Source: a virus (Duplodnaviria; Caudoviricetes). Taken from it: DNA of 64,000 bases. The position numbers were made by a program, and so were the translations under genes. Where the stretch lies: the IMG/VR virus record IMGVR_UViG_3300028797_000093; one strand, written 5' to 3'. Positions 29,494-39,452 of the stretch are shown here, piece after piece. Numbering within the stretch: the first letter of the stretch is position 1; each line of letters starts with the position of its first letter. Under the pieces are notes generated by a model. The model did no database searches. It worked only from the letters and a program-made list of their open reading frames with translations, and was not told where the DNA came from.

Positions 29494-29995
29494 TAATTAT
29501 ATTATCCTCCATAATATCAACTTCAAATCCAAAGAGAATATCAATAAGATCTATTATAGCATGTTCCGAATCGAAGAAATCACAAAAGTTTTTATTTTTA
29601 TCACTCAAATTAGGATTATAACATTCCTTCCTATAATAATACCATGATACCATAGCATCCTCAATGAAACTACTAACTGCATAGGAGAAAGTTCCTATGA
29701 TATCATTGAGTCTTTCTCTTGCTTCATCCTCATTGATTTCTTTAGAGATAAAGAGATTCTTAATCCCATCAATATCTTCAGGAATATATACTCTCACTTC
29801 ATATTCATCATAATTAACAGTCTTAACTTTCCCATCAAGACTCACAAAAAGATTCTTTACCTTTTCTTCATTATTTTCATCATAATACTTAGCATTTTTG
29901 ATGATATGATCATAAATTTTCTTCAGTTTATTCTTAATGGTAGAAAAGCTCTCTTCTGTGAGAGGCTTAGCCATAATATAATCAAACATCTTCAA
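29486..29995 (-). CDS. hypothetical protein
   Basis: 169-aa ORF. Confidence 0.65.
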   Translation of the reverse strand: MKMFDYIMAKPLTEESFSTIKNKLKKIYDHIIKNAKYYDENNEEKVKNLFVSLDGKVKTVNYDEYEVRVYIPEDIDGIKNLFISKEINEDEARERLNDIIGTFSYAVSSFIEDAMVSWYYYRKECYNPNLSDKNKNFCDFFDSEHAIIDLIDILFGFEVDIMEDNIING

Positions 29996-30293
29996 ACCTC
30001 ATCTTTCTCTTAATTTCATAATAGCATTCTTGACAGTAAAGATCATTATTAACCTTATAACCTATCTCTTGTCCTTCAATGACTTTGGTACCACATTTGG
30101 CACATTTAAAGATAGGAATATCATCTCCTAAAAGAGTAACCTTTTCATCAGTAATCATATCAGTATTATATTTCTTCTTCATCTCATCACGCCCAAATTT
30201 CTTTGCTTTGAGTTCAGTATTAGCTCTTATAATAAGAGTACCATATTTAGTAGCATCAAAGAACAACTGAGCTGTATATTTCCAGACCTTCAT
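29982..30293 (-). CDS. hypothetical Zn-finger protein
   Basis: CAKC...CQEC; GAGG RBS. Confidence 0.6.
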   Translation of the reverse strand: MKVWKYTAQLFFDATKYGTLIIRANTELKAKKFGRDEMKKKYNTDMITDEKVTLLGDDIPIFKCAKCGTKVIEGQEIGYKVNNDLYCQECYYEIKRKMRFEDV

Positions 30294-30305
30294 ATATAAA
30301 CCTCT

Positions 30306-30554
30306 TTAATCTTCAGGAATCAGAGCATCAACAATATTAAGAATCTCATCTTCAATCTCATTAATCTTTCTATACATAACATCACTATTACGCTTATTCA
30401 GCTTAATAGATGCACTATACTGAGTAAGCAGTTCTGTAATTCTTTCATTAATAGCAGTCTTGATATCAGTATAATTATTTGCTTCCTCTAAAGCCTGTTT
30501 GAAACCATCATCTGTGGTTTCTATTTTGTCAATAACCTCCTGAATGTCAAACAT
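30306..30554 (-). CDS. hypothetical coiled-coil protein
   Basis: 82-aa ORF with GGGG RBS. Confidence 0.6.
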   Translation of the reverse strand: MFDIQEVIDKIETTDDGFKQALEEANNYTDIKTAINERITELLTQYSASIKLNKRNSDVMYRKINEIEDEILNIVDALIPED

Positions 30555-30913
30555 ATTTATACCCCCTAAAATAATGATTCTATATTAATTTCTGTTACAT
30601 CTTTATGAGCCCATTTGGAAAAAGATTTACGAAGAATATGATAAGGAAGTCCAATACCTATATTTTTAAAACATCCATTTTCAGGAAAACATCAACAACA
30701 AACAAAAGATCTTTATCACATTCATTTGGGAATGTACAATCCTTTACTAGTCTATATGATGTATTGCTTTTATTAGCATATACATGACCAACAATAATAT
30801 CACTCTGTTTTATATGGATAACCTCTTTTCATAGATAATATCATTATTATAATATATAATTATTTTTATGAATAAAAAATATAGAGTATAGAAATTAATC
30901 TATACTCTATTAT

Positions 30914-31000
30914 TGGTCGGCGTATGGGGACTTGAACCCCAACAGTATTTCTACCGACGGATTTTAAGTCCGTAGCGTCTACCTATTCCGCCACACGCCG
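30914..31000 (-). tRNA. tRNA-Leu(TAA)
   Basis: Minus strand CGGCGTGTGGCGGAATAGGTAGACGCTACGGACTTAAAATCCGT...GGTTCAAGTCC...TACGCCGACCA; long variable arm; encoded CCA. Confidence 0.92.
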
Positions 31001-31006
31001 AAAAAA

Positions 31007-31084
31007 TGGTGGTCCCGCTCGGACTCAAACCGAGATATCTTTCTCTTATGAGGAGAGTGCATTAATCAATTTTGCTACGGGACC
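31007..31084 (-). tRNA. tRNA with CAT anticodon (Met, or Ile2 after lysidine modification)
   Basis: GGTCCCG/CGGGACC acceptor stem, CTCATAA anticodon loop, GGTTTGAGTCC T-arm, ACCA end. Confidence 0.85.
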
Positions 31085-31314
31085 ATATAGTTGTTATATT
31101 ATTACTTATCACAATATAATGTCAATAGCGTTCTGCTCGGTCAACTCCATTAATAGAGTTATTTGTCAGAACCTTACCTACACACTTCCATTCGCACCAA
31201 AAATGTAACCATCATATTACTAACTTATATATTTATAATATACAATTATATGTAATTATTATATCAAAAAATAAATAGAGATAGAGTCTGTTTAAGACTC
31301 TATCCCATATAGTT

Positions 31315-32496
31315 CTATCTATTAGCATTATGAATAAGAAATGTAAAATATTTAATAATAGAAGATTCATAAGAGTTTTTAGTAGCCACTCTAGATCTCC
31401 TTCTTAAATAAGCAGGAGAGTTATCTTCTAGAAAACTCTGTACTATATTCTTAATTTCTACTATTTCTTTTTGTTTAGCATTAGGTTTAGTAGCAATACT
31501 ATAAGTGATAAAAGATATGTCCGCCACATCTTTATTTTTAGCACTAGAATTAGCATAGTATGTTGTAATAAGCAGTTCTATCAATCTTCTTACTTTAGCA
31601 AGATTAGTTCTATCATTAATAATACTTTCTATAATAGCTCTTAACTCTGATGGTTTTACATTCTGATCAGCAGACATTTTACAAATAGAATAATCAATAC
31701 CACTATTGTTAATAGTATTAATAGCCTTTTCTACAGCTCTTTGCATTCTAAGAGAATCACTGTCTGCTAGATGGTAATCATCTTGATCTAAAGAGTCACT
31801 ATCAAAAGTAATATATTTATCTTTCTCATTATAAATCTTATAATATTCGTCAGCTATATTCTTCATAAAAGATCCTATACGAGAATGAAGCTGTTGAATA
31901 AGATATACTACATCTTCATCAGAGAATTTTCTAAATTTCTGATTATAGCTAGATACCCAAGTTTGATCTATAGATTGAATAGATCCTAAGATAGAACCTG
32001 TCTGCACAAGATCAAACTTCTTAGAGAGTTTACTGTTAACAACAAACTCCATTACATGTCTAATAGGAGCTACTTTAGGATATGATCTATAATGAATAGA
32101 AGGATAGAACTTACCAGAGAATGAAAGATAAATACAAGCAAGATCAGTTTGTTTCTTATCATTCTTCTCTATAAAGTATCTAATTACACAAAGCTGCATA
32201 ACAGTAAGCTCATCCTTGGCTGCTCTGGGATTGAAATTATCTATTACACCATAATAGGTTTTATCTATATATTCTTTAATCTCTGTATCAGAGATATTGA
32301 ATACTTTAAAATAATTATCTTTATCCTGTTCTCCAAAGTATAGTCTAGAACATGGTACTATATCATAAAGATCATTAGATCTATATTCCATGAATTTATT
32401 CAGCATATTTTTATATGCATCCATTGTCTTCTTTTCATTAAGCTTCTTTTCAATAATAGGATATATATTATCTAGAACAGATGTTGTATTATTCAT
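31315..32496 (-). CDS. hypothetical protein
   Basis: 393-aa ORF with GAGGTG RBS and its own terminator. Confidence 0.75.
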   Translation of the reverse strand: MNNTTSVLDNIYPIIEKKLNEKKTMDAYKNMLNKFMEYRSNDLYDIVPCSRLYFGEQDKDNYFKVFNISDTEIKEYIDKTYYGVIDNFNPRAAKDELTVMQLCVIRYFIEKNDKKQTDLACIYLSFSGKFYPSIHYRSYPKVAPIRHVMEFVVNSKLSKKFDLVQTGSILGSIQSIDQTWVSSYNQKFRKFSDEDVVYLIQQLHSRIGSFMKNIADEYYKIYNEKDKYITFDSDSLDQDDYHLADSDSLRMQRAVEKAINTINNSGIDYSICKMSADQNVKPSELRAIIESIINDRTNLAKVRRLIELLITTYYANSSAKNKDVADISFITYSIATKPNAKQKEIVEIKNIVQSFLEDNSPAYLRRRSRVATKNSYESSIIKYFTFLIHNANR

Positions 32497-32623
32497 TTAT
32501 ATTAACACCTCATTCATCATAGATGTATTTATTTAATATAATGTGCTCTGTTATAATAACAAAAAATAAACCACAGAAAGGGAGGGAGCAATTGCTCCCT
32601 CCCATCGTTGTTCTGTGTTGAGA

Positions 32624-33208
32624 TCAGAAGATCTCGGGAAGCTTCTCCCGGATGTACCATTCGGGGAACATGCTGCCACGCTTTCCGATCCAGCTGAGGA
32701 CTTCGTCGCCGACCTTTCCGATTTCTTTGGTGATGGTGAAAGAGACAGGCTTCAGATGAAGCTGCCCTTTCTCGTTCACCTGGGGGTCGAAATAGAAGCT
32801 CAGGCCATCGGCCAGGTCGTATTTCAACGCCGTCTTCGGGATGTTGGCGTCTCTCATCTTGGGGTTGAATCCCAGGACCAGCACAAGCCGGTCCTCCAGA
32901 GTATCAGGCAACTGATACTTCTGGACGAAGGGGAAACTGTCATTCCCCTTCATGAAAGAAGCGCGATACATTTCGCCTTCTTCATAGGCGAAATGGCGGG
33001 TGCGATATTCATCGTCACCCTCATACGTAATGTCAAACTTCACCTGCACTCCTTCCTCATTGAGGATGGGTTTGCTGGAGACAGTCCGAGTGAGCTGGAC
33101 CTCCTGCTTGGGATCGAAGATCCTCCAGAAGGCCGGCTTTTTGTACTCAGGCCTCCGGTCAAAGGTCTTCTCTTCCTCGATGTTGGTGTTGTTCTTCTTT
33201 GCTGCCAT
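32624..33208 (-). CDS. hypothetical protein with high-GC codon usage
   Basis: 194-aa ORF; early-type motif at 33285-33297; terminator at ~32580-32603. Confidence 0.75.
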   Translation of the reverse strand: MAAKKNNTNIEEEKTFDRRPEYKKPAFWRIFDPKQEVQLTRTVSSKPILNEEGVQVKFDITYEGDDEYRTRHFAYEEGEMYRASFMKGNDSFPFVQKYQLPDTLEDRLVLVLGFNPKMRDANIPKTALKYDLADGLSFYFDPQVNEKGQLHLKPVSFTITKEIGKVGDEVLSWIGKRGSMFPEWYIREKLPEIF

Positions 33209-33369
33209 TTTTTATACCCCTTTCTAAGTGTGAGTAAAATAATGATTTTGAAAATTTGTAATGAATAATCTCACACTCATATATATTATATATAATTGAA
33301 AATATTAATTATTACAAAAGATTTGTAATTAGGGATACTGAATGATCAGTATCCCTATAGTTTTAATTT

Positions 33370-33873
33370 TTATTCTTCAGAATCAATAGATTCATCAGCT
33401 GCTTCAACAGCACCATGTTCTGCAAAGAGAGTGCTATATTCGCAGATAAGGAAGGAGAGAATGGTATTAAGAGTATTCTCTTTAACAATACCATTCACCT
33501 GAATAGTAGGCTCTTTGATCTTTTTGTAAGCATCAACATACTTAGCATTAATAGTGACTGCAATATCACCATTATCAGTAATGCCACGAATGTAACCAAC
33601 AGTCACATTACCACGAGCATTATCTGCATCGGTGAATACGTCAGACTTCTTCATGCTAACAGGATGACTCATCTGCCGGAAAGCATTATGGTCATTCAGA
33701 TTTGCAAGAATCTCATCGAGAGATTCGATGTCAAAATTGATTCCATTTGGAGTAAAACTCCCCACTCCTTCAATATAGAATACAGGGATATTAGCCTTGT
33801 AATTCATAGGCTTATCACTGTTTCTATTATTATTCTTCTGAAAACGACGCTTAGTGTCCTGATAACCGCTCAT
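33370..33873 (-). CDS. hypothetical protein
   Basis: 167-aa ORF with GGAGG RBS; AACA-N6-TA at 33916-33927. Confidence 0.7.
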   Translation of the reverse strand: MSGYQDTKRRFQKNNNRNSDKPMNYKANIPVFYIEGVGSFTPNGINFDIESLDEILANLNDHNAFRQMSHPVSMKKSDVFTDADNARGNVTVGYIRGITDNGDIAVTINAKYVDAYKKIKEPTIQVNGIVKENTLNTILSFLICEYSTLFAEHGAVEAADESIDSEE

Positions 33874-34045
33874 TTTAACAAACCTCCAATTAAGATATAA
33901 AGATAATAATGTTTGTACTATAGTGTTATAATACGTAATTCTATTAATATGTATCTATATAATTATTTTTGTAATTTTTTATTAAAATAATTATATATTA
34001 TATATATGATACTCTCACCCGACCAATACCAAAAATATTAGAAAG

Positions 34046-35365
34046 GTGGATTTTAAATTGAAACTAAAAAGGTTCATTCCCATAGTGATGGTATTTGTTA
34101 TTTTCTTTCTCACCATCACCAACTTCCAGATGTTGTTTGGAACCAATGTGTACGCATCTTCAAAAGAAATCGAAAGAAAGGAGAACGAAGAGATCATTGC
34201 TACTGAAGAAGTAGTAAACAATTCCCTTATTACAGCAATCCCTTGTTCCTATGAAGAAACAGAGAGTATCGAAATATCAACCTTGGGATCAAAGGCTAAT
34301 TCCGAAGATTCTGACGATTTGTTCGAGACAGAAGATATTGCTGTAGATGTCTATGAAACAGCTAATATCTATCTTGTTAATGAACTCAAAGAAGCTGAAG
34401 AATACAAACTCTTTTATAGTGGAGATATTGAAGACTTCTCAAACTATATCTCTGTAAAAGAGTATTATGATCTTCTATATCGTGCTTATATGAATATCTG
34501 CAACAACAATGATGTAGAGATCAACGTAGAATCTAAACCATTCTATGATACTGATGATAGGGCAATCGGAAGATTGCACTATATAGGTATCATTGATACA
34601 GAGTATAAATACATATATCCAAATCAGCATGTTACAAAAGAGACAATTGCTGACAGTATATTCAATATGTATCTATACTTTGCATTGGTACCAGCAGAAA
34701 AAATCAATTATACTGAATTTATCAATCCAGCAGACTCTCAGTATATAGCAGATGCTCATAAAGCTTCTATGGAGTTTTGTATGAATCTTCACATCTTCAA
34801 TCTTGATGAGCAATCATACATTAATCCTAAGAAGAATCTCAGATATGATGAAGCTATCTGCTTTATTCTGAGGTCTTACAAGTATATCAATAAATACTGC
34901 TCTGAGGCTGATCCTTTGTTTACAGACAAAGTAAATTGCTACAGACTCCTCAAGAAAGTTACTGGTCTTAACAATGCTGCTATCAGTGGTATTATGGCTA
35001 GTCTTCAGGAAGAGACAGGAGATACCTTTAATCCTGACATTCACCAATGGGGCGGAGGTCCAGGATATGGTATTTGCCAGTGGACAACTGATGGTCGTAA
35101 GAAAGGTCTATATGATTACCCCAGTGTATGTGGATATCCATACGACACCCTTGAGTGTCAGACCAGATATCTTATGTATGAGCTTGAAACTATGTTTCCA
35201 AAACTTTTAGAGGAGCTAAGAAATGTTCCTGATACAGAAGATGGAGCATATAAAGCAGGATATAGATTCTGTAAGATATTTGAAGCCCCAAGAGATCTAG
35301 AAGGATGCAGTAACTCAAGAGCAAATAAAGCAATTGATTACTTCAGAGAGTACAATAACTATTAA
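34046..35365 (+). CDS. secreted cell-wall hydrolase: signal peptide, SLH-like region, phage-tail-lysozyme domain
   Basis: N-terminal signal/TM segment; ...INPKKNLRYDEAICFILR (SLH-like); AAISGIMASLQEETG...GYGICQWT..GRK...AGYRFCKIFEAP. Confidence 0.75.
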   Translation: MDFKLKLKRFIPIVMVFVIFFLTITNFQMLFGTNVYASSKEIERKENEEIIATEEVVNNSLITAIPCSYEETESIEISTLGSKANSEDSDDLFETEDIAVDVYETANIYLVNELKEAEEYKLFYSGDIEDFSNYISVKEYYDLLYRAYMNICNNNDVEINVESKPFYDTDDRAIGRLHYIGIIDTEYKYIYPNQHVTKETIADSIFNMYLYFALVPAEKINYTEFINPADSQYIADAHKASMEFCMNLHIFNLDEQSYINPKKNLRYDEAICFILRSYKYINKYCSEADPLFTDKVNCYRLLKKVTGLNNAAISGIMASLQEETGDTFNPDIHQWGGGPGYGICQWTTDGRKKGLYDYPSVCGYPYDTLECQTRYLMYELETMFPKLLEELRNVPDTEDGAYKAGYRFCKIFEAPRDLEGCSNSRANKAIDYFREYNNY

Positions 35366-35367
35366 AG

Positions 35368-35411
35368 AAAAAAGAAAGTGGGTCTCTTATTTAAGGCTCA
35401 CTTTCTTTTTT
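35368..35411. terminator. intrinsic terminator (bidirectional) left of array C
   Basis: AAAAAAGAAAGTGGG...CTCACTTTCTTTTTT. Confidence 0.8.
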
Positions 35412-35464
35412 ATAATGAAGATAAGCCTTGTTATCTATAGATATTATTATACAATCATCACTGG

Positions 35465-36392
35465 TTTAAATGATAAGGCAGCGCCAAGATACCAAACAGT
35501 CCCAGAAGACAAAGCTGTAAGGCGAACAGAGAAAATCCCACAATAAAAGCCATTGCCTGAGGCACCACCACGATAAGAATAGTGAGTACCACTATTTTGA
35601 TAAAAATAATCACTTATTGGTTTAAATGATAGAGCAGCACCACAATAGTAAGAGGCAAGAGCAGAGTACGATATATCAATACAGAAAACACCACAACGGA
35701 ATCCAGCGTACGAGTGGCCACCATAACGAGCATAATGAGTACCACTACTTTGATAAAAATAATACCATGGTTTAAATGATAAGGCGGCGCCATAGTACCA
35801 GTAGCCCCCAGAAAACGAACTACTGAGGCTAACAAAGGCGAAACCACAACGAGAGCCATTACTACAGCTACCACCACGAAGAGCATAATGAGTACTACTA
35901 CTTTGATAAAATATATTATATAATATGGTTTAAATGATATGGCTGCGCCAAAGTGCCAATGGGTAACAGCAGCAGAAGGCGATTCAGTAACAAAGAAAGC
36001 ACCACAAATAAAACCACTAGTACAGTAACCACCACGAAGACTATACTTAGTTCCAGATTCTTGATAAAAATAATCACAATAATAGCTGCCTTAGTTTAAA
36101 TGATAGAGAGGCGCCACTATCCCAATAGGCAGAACTAGCAGAAGCCGATGTGTAAACAGAGAAAGCACCACAAGCTAGTCCACGGCCCGAGTCACCACCA
36201 CGAAGAATATAGTGAGTACCACTACTTTGATTAAAATAATACTATAAGTTAAATGATAGGGCGGCGCCACGATACCAGCCATACCCAGAAGCAGCACCGT
36301 TCAGAGAAACACAGAAAGCACCACAATAGAGCCCACGGTCCGAGTGACCACCACGATATGCATATACAACTATTGTATTTTGATAAAAATAA
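35465..36392 (-). repeat. Array C: 6 variable-region-like cassettes (35465-35609, 35621-35762, 35771-35913, 35929-36073, 36095-36239, 36248-36392)
   Basis: Same ends and encoded module as arrays A and B, e.g. DYFYQNSGTHYSYRGGASGNGFYCGIFSVRLTALSSGTVWYLGAALSFKP. Confidence 0.95.
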
Positions 36393-36399
36393 TCACAAT

Positions 36400-36434
36400 A
36401 AAAAGAAAGAGGTAGACCAAAAGATCTACCTCTT
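36400..36434 (-). terminator. gyrB terminator directly upstream of array C
   Basis: AAGAGGTAGA-N8-TCTACCTCTT with an A-run on its left. Confidence 0.8.
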
Positions 36435-36439
36435 ATTAT

Positions 36440-38950
36440 TTATTCTATATCTTGTCTTGTAATATTGACACCTTTAAGCAACATAGCTCTATTAGAGTCA
36501 ATATATCTGATTAGTTCTATATCATTTTTAACATCTTCTATTGTATATCTAACCAATGTTCTAACAGAATCAGGTCTTAATGCAGACTCTCCTAACTGTT
36601 TAGGATCTTGTTCACCTAAGCCTTTATAACGAGTCAATCCGTTAGGAACACATGAGTTAAACATAGTCATGACTTCATAAATACTCTTCTGTTCACCATC
36701 TACTTTATAAAAGAGATATCTATTACTATTGATCAACTCAATGATATCAGAACAAGCAGAGATGAATCTATTGTTTAACAAGAAGTAATGATATTTACCA
36801 CTTTCTAATCCTTCAATAGTAATACATCCATCTTTATTTCTATATACTTTAATAAATCTAAACTCTTGTTCTATAACTTTCTTGAAAGTATTGAAATTAA
36901 AGTCTTTAGATACATTATATTTATATATTGTATTAGCACTCTTATTAATTATTGGAAATACATTATCATTAGTTCCAGCAGATATATTGTTGGAGAAGTT
37001 ATTGATAATATCATTATAGATAACTATTTTCTTTTGTTTATCAGTAAACTTGATATAAGGAGCAATTCTATATAGAATAGCTTCTAATAGATTACTGTTG
37101 ATAGCAAATGTATTGCCCACATAGTCCATCAAATAAAGATATTCTATATTCTTAACGAATAATCCAGATATCTCCACATTACTCATCTTATTATTTGTGA
37201 GAGTAGTTAGAGTATGTGTCTTAATAAAGATAGATTGAATATACTTAGTAAACTCAATCTTATCAGTAAAATACTTCATACCTTTACCTACTTTAAGACC
37301 ATAAAGTGGAGGTAAAGATCCATATACTCTACCATCTTGAATCAACTCAGGCATATACATCAAGAAGAATCTCAATAGCAGAGTTCTGATATGAGCACCA
37401 TCAGGATCAGCATCTGCCATAAAGATAATCTTCTCCCATTTTACTTTAGAGAGGTTAAAGTTCTTACCATAACCTCCACCTATAATAGTTATAATAGCTG
37501 CTACTTCTTCATTAGATAGAAAAGCTGCTTTTGATGTATTAAATGCATTTGGTAATTTACCTCTAATTGGATAAAGACCTTGACAAGTATAATCTCTACT
37601 ATTTTTAGCAGCCCCAAGAGCTGAATCACCTTCTACTATAATAAGCTCTAGATTCTTATTACCAGAAGGTTGTAAATACTTCTTGGGTTTACCAGTAAGA
37701 AGATTAGATTGATATTTAGTAGATAGTTTAACCTTTTCATTATCCTCTTTACTACGAACTTCAGCAATATCTTTAATAAACTTACAGATTTTCTGAAGAT
37801 CATTACTATTCCTCTTAGACCAATCATTAAGAGCTTTAATTGTAGTATTCTTAATAAAATCAATCATATCCCTATTAGACAAAATAGCCTTAGACTGACC
37901 AATAAAGATAGGATCAATATGAGCAGCTACTACTACAGCTTTCAATGCAGTCTTTACATCAGAATTTATAATACTAAGTTTCTTATTATTGGATAGATAG
38001 ATATTATTCATATAATCTCTAAAGAATAGAGATACGCCATCAGTAAATCCTTGTACATGAGTGCCTCCCATAGTACAAGTAAAGTTACTGAAAGAAGTTA
38101 TATCTTCATTACTTGATAGATCACTGGAATCCCAAGTAAAACAAATTTCACATTTAGTAGTACCATTATCTGCTTTATAATAAATAGGAGCTATAACAGG
38201 ACTCTTACACTTATTATAAAGACCTGTCATAATACCATCTTTATTTACAAGATTTTCATCAATGATTGTTTTACCTTTCTTATCAACAGCTTTAAAAGAA
38301 AGTTTAGTTCCAATATTAGTTAGAGGTAGAATCTTAATAACCATATCAAATAACTCTGCAGCTGTAAGTTCTACAGGTCCAAGAGCATCAAAAGATGGTC
38401 TAAGATATACAGTAGTTCCTTGTCTATTTTTTGGGCAATGAATATCCTGTTCTACAGGATTCTTATTCCATGGATATCCTTCAATAAATTCTACATGTTT
38501 AGCTTTTCCTAGAACATAAGAATCTACAATGAAGATAGAACTAAATGCAACAGCACATACAGCTCCTATACCATGAACACCAGATGAATATTCTCCTGGT
38601 TTCTTATTATAGTTTGATGAGCTATGCTCTGTATTATATACTTTAAGAATCTGTCCATGAGGAATTCCTCTACCATTATCCTCGATAGTACAGGAACAAT
38701 CTTTCTCATTATAGAATATCTTAATATAATTACATGGAGAATCTTCCTTAATAGCCTCATCGACAGCATTCTGGAAAATCTCTCTAAGACAAGTCATCCA
38801 ACCAGAAGTTCCAATACTACCAATATACATTCCAGGAAGCTTTCTAATAGCTTCTATAATAGAATCTATAGAGGTAATCTGATTTGCATAATTCTTAATA
38901 TTATCTATATAAGCTTCATTATTGGTTACATTCTTTTTATCTGTAGCCAT
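36440..38950 (-). CDS. gyrB: type IIA topoisomerase (gyrase) subunit B
   Basis: IRKLPGMYIG, EIFQNAVDE, DNGRGIP, GVHGIG, VEGDSA, PIRGK, DADPDGAHI, RYKGLGE. Confidence 0.92.
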   Translation of the reverse strand: MATDKKNVTNNEAYIDNIKNYANQITSIDSIIEAIRKLPGMYIGSIGTSGWMTCLREIFQNAVDEAIKEDSPCNYIKIFYNEKDCSCTIEDNGRGIPHGQILKVYNTEHSSSNYNKKPGEYSSGVHGIGAVCAVAFSSIFIVDSYVLGKAKHVEFIEGYPWNKNPVEQDIHCPKNRQGTTVYLRPSFDALGPVELTAAELFDMVIKILPLTNIGTKLSFKAVDKKGKTIIDENLVNKDGIMTGLYNKCKSPVIAPIYYKADNGTTKCEICFTWDSSDLSSNEDITSFSNFTCTMGGTHVQGFTDGVSLFFRDYMNNIYLSNNKKLSIINSDVKTALKAVVVAAHIDPIFIGQSKAILSNRDMIDFIKNTTIKALNDWSKRNSNDLQKICKFIKDIAEVRSKEDNEKVKLSTKYQSNLLTGKPKKYLQPSGNKNLELIIVEGDSALGAAKNSRDYTCQGLYPIRGKLPNAFNTSKAAFLSNEEVAAIITIIGGGYGKNFNLSKVKWEKIIFMADADPDGAHIRTLLLRFFLMYMPELIQDGRVYGSLPPLYGLKVGKGMKYFTDKIEFTKYIQSIFIKTHTLTTLTNNKMSNVEISGLFVKNIEYLYLMDYVGNTFAINSNLLEAILYRIAPYIKFTDKQKKIVIYNDIINNFSNNISAGTNDNVFPIINKSANTIYKYNVSKDFNFNTFKKVIEQEFRFIKVYRNKDGCITIEGLESGKYHYFLLNNRFISACSDIIELINSNRYLFYKVDGEQKSIYEVMTMFNSCVPNGLTRYKGLGEQDPKQLGESALRPDSVRTLVRYTIEDVKNDIELIRYIDSNRAMLLKGVNITRQDIE

Positions 38951-38956
38951 TAATAC

Positions 38957-39352
38957 TTACTCCTCTTTCTTTTCCATATATTCTTCCAATGCTTTTAATA
39001 TTGCCTCTTTACTATAAGCTCTATTATTTCTATTAACTTCAGTAAGATTAAAAATAGTATTAAGAGCAGTATCCATCTTATTGAATCTATACTTAAAAGG
39101 ATTTCCTTCAATATCAATATCAGACATAAATTCATCATAATGTCTGATCCATACTTTCTTTTCCCCATACAGAGCTTGGTATACTACACATTTAATAGGC
39201 TCATCGTCTGTAGTATATGCTTCTGGATAAATAATCATATATAAATACTTTTTATCAGCAAAATCTGCATCTGTATTGTAAAAACTCTTATAATGGGCTA
39301 CAATGTCACCTTGCTTAAATTGTGTAGGATTAGACATACAAAAACCCTCCAA
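38957..39352 (-). CDS. DUF1653-like protein
   Basis: GDIVAHYK...VVYQALYG...WIR.YDEFMS...YRF. Confidence 0.75.
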   Translation of the reverse strand: MEGFCMSNPTQFKQGDIVAHYKSFYNTDADFADKKYLYMIIYPEAYTTDDEPIKCVVYQALYGEKKVWIRHYDEFMSDIDIEGNPFKYRFNKMDTALNTIFNLTEVNRNNRAYSKEAILKALEEYMEKKEE

Positions 39353-39430
39353 AATGAATTTAGACTAATATAGTGTTATCTACACCACAAAAGTTAATTT
39401 TATGCATATTTCACCATTTTGCCCTCTCTC

Positions 39431-39452
39431 AGCCTATTCAATTGAATAGGCT
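39431..39452. repeat. perfect 22-bp palindrome; partial inverted third copy of the 1970/3486 repeat
   Basis: AGCCTATTCAATTGAATAGGCT; the flanks read CTTTCTGAG...GGCAAAATG on the minus strand, like copy 2. Confidence 0.7.

Noticed and set aside
30595-30830. Possible frameshifted small gene downstream of the early motif at 30849
   Set aside because: Two short minus-strand open segments lack a clear start and recognisable homology, so a pseudogene call is not supported.
6796-36392. Complete canonical DGR within the window
   Set aside because: No reverse transcriptase, Avd, adenine-rich template repeat or full-length target gene is visible. Only VR-like units are present.
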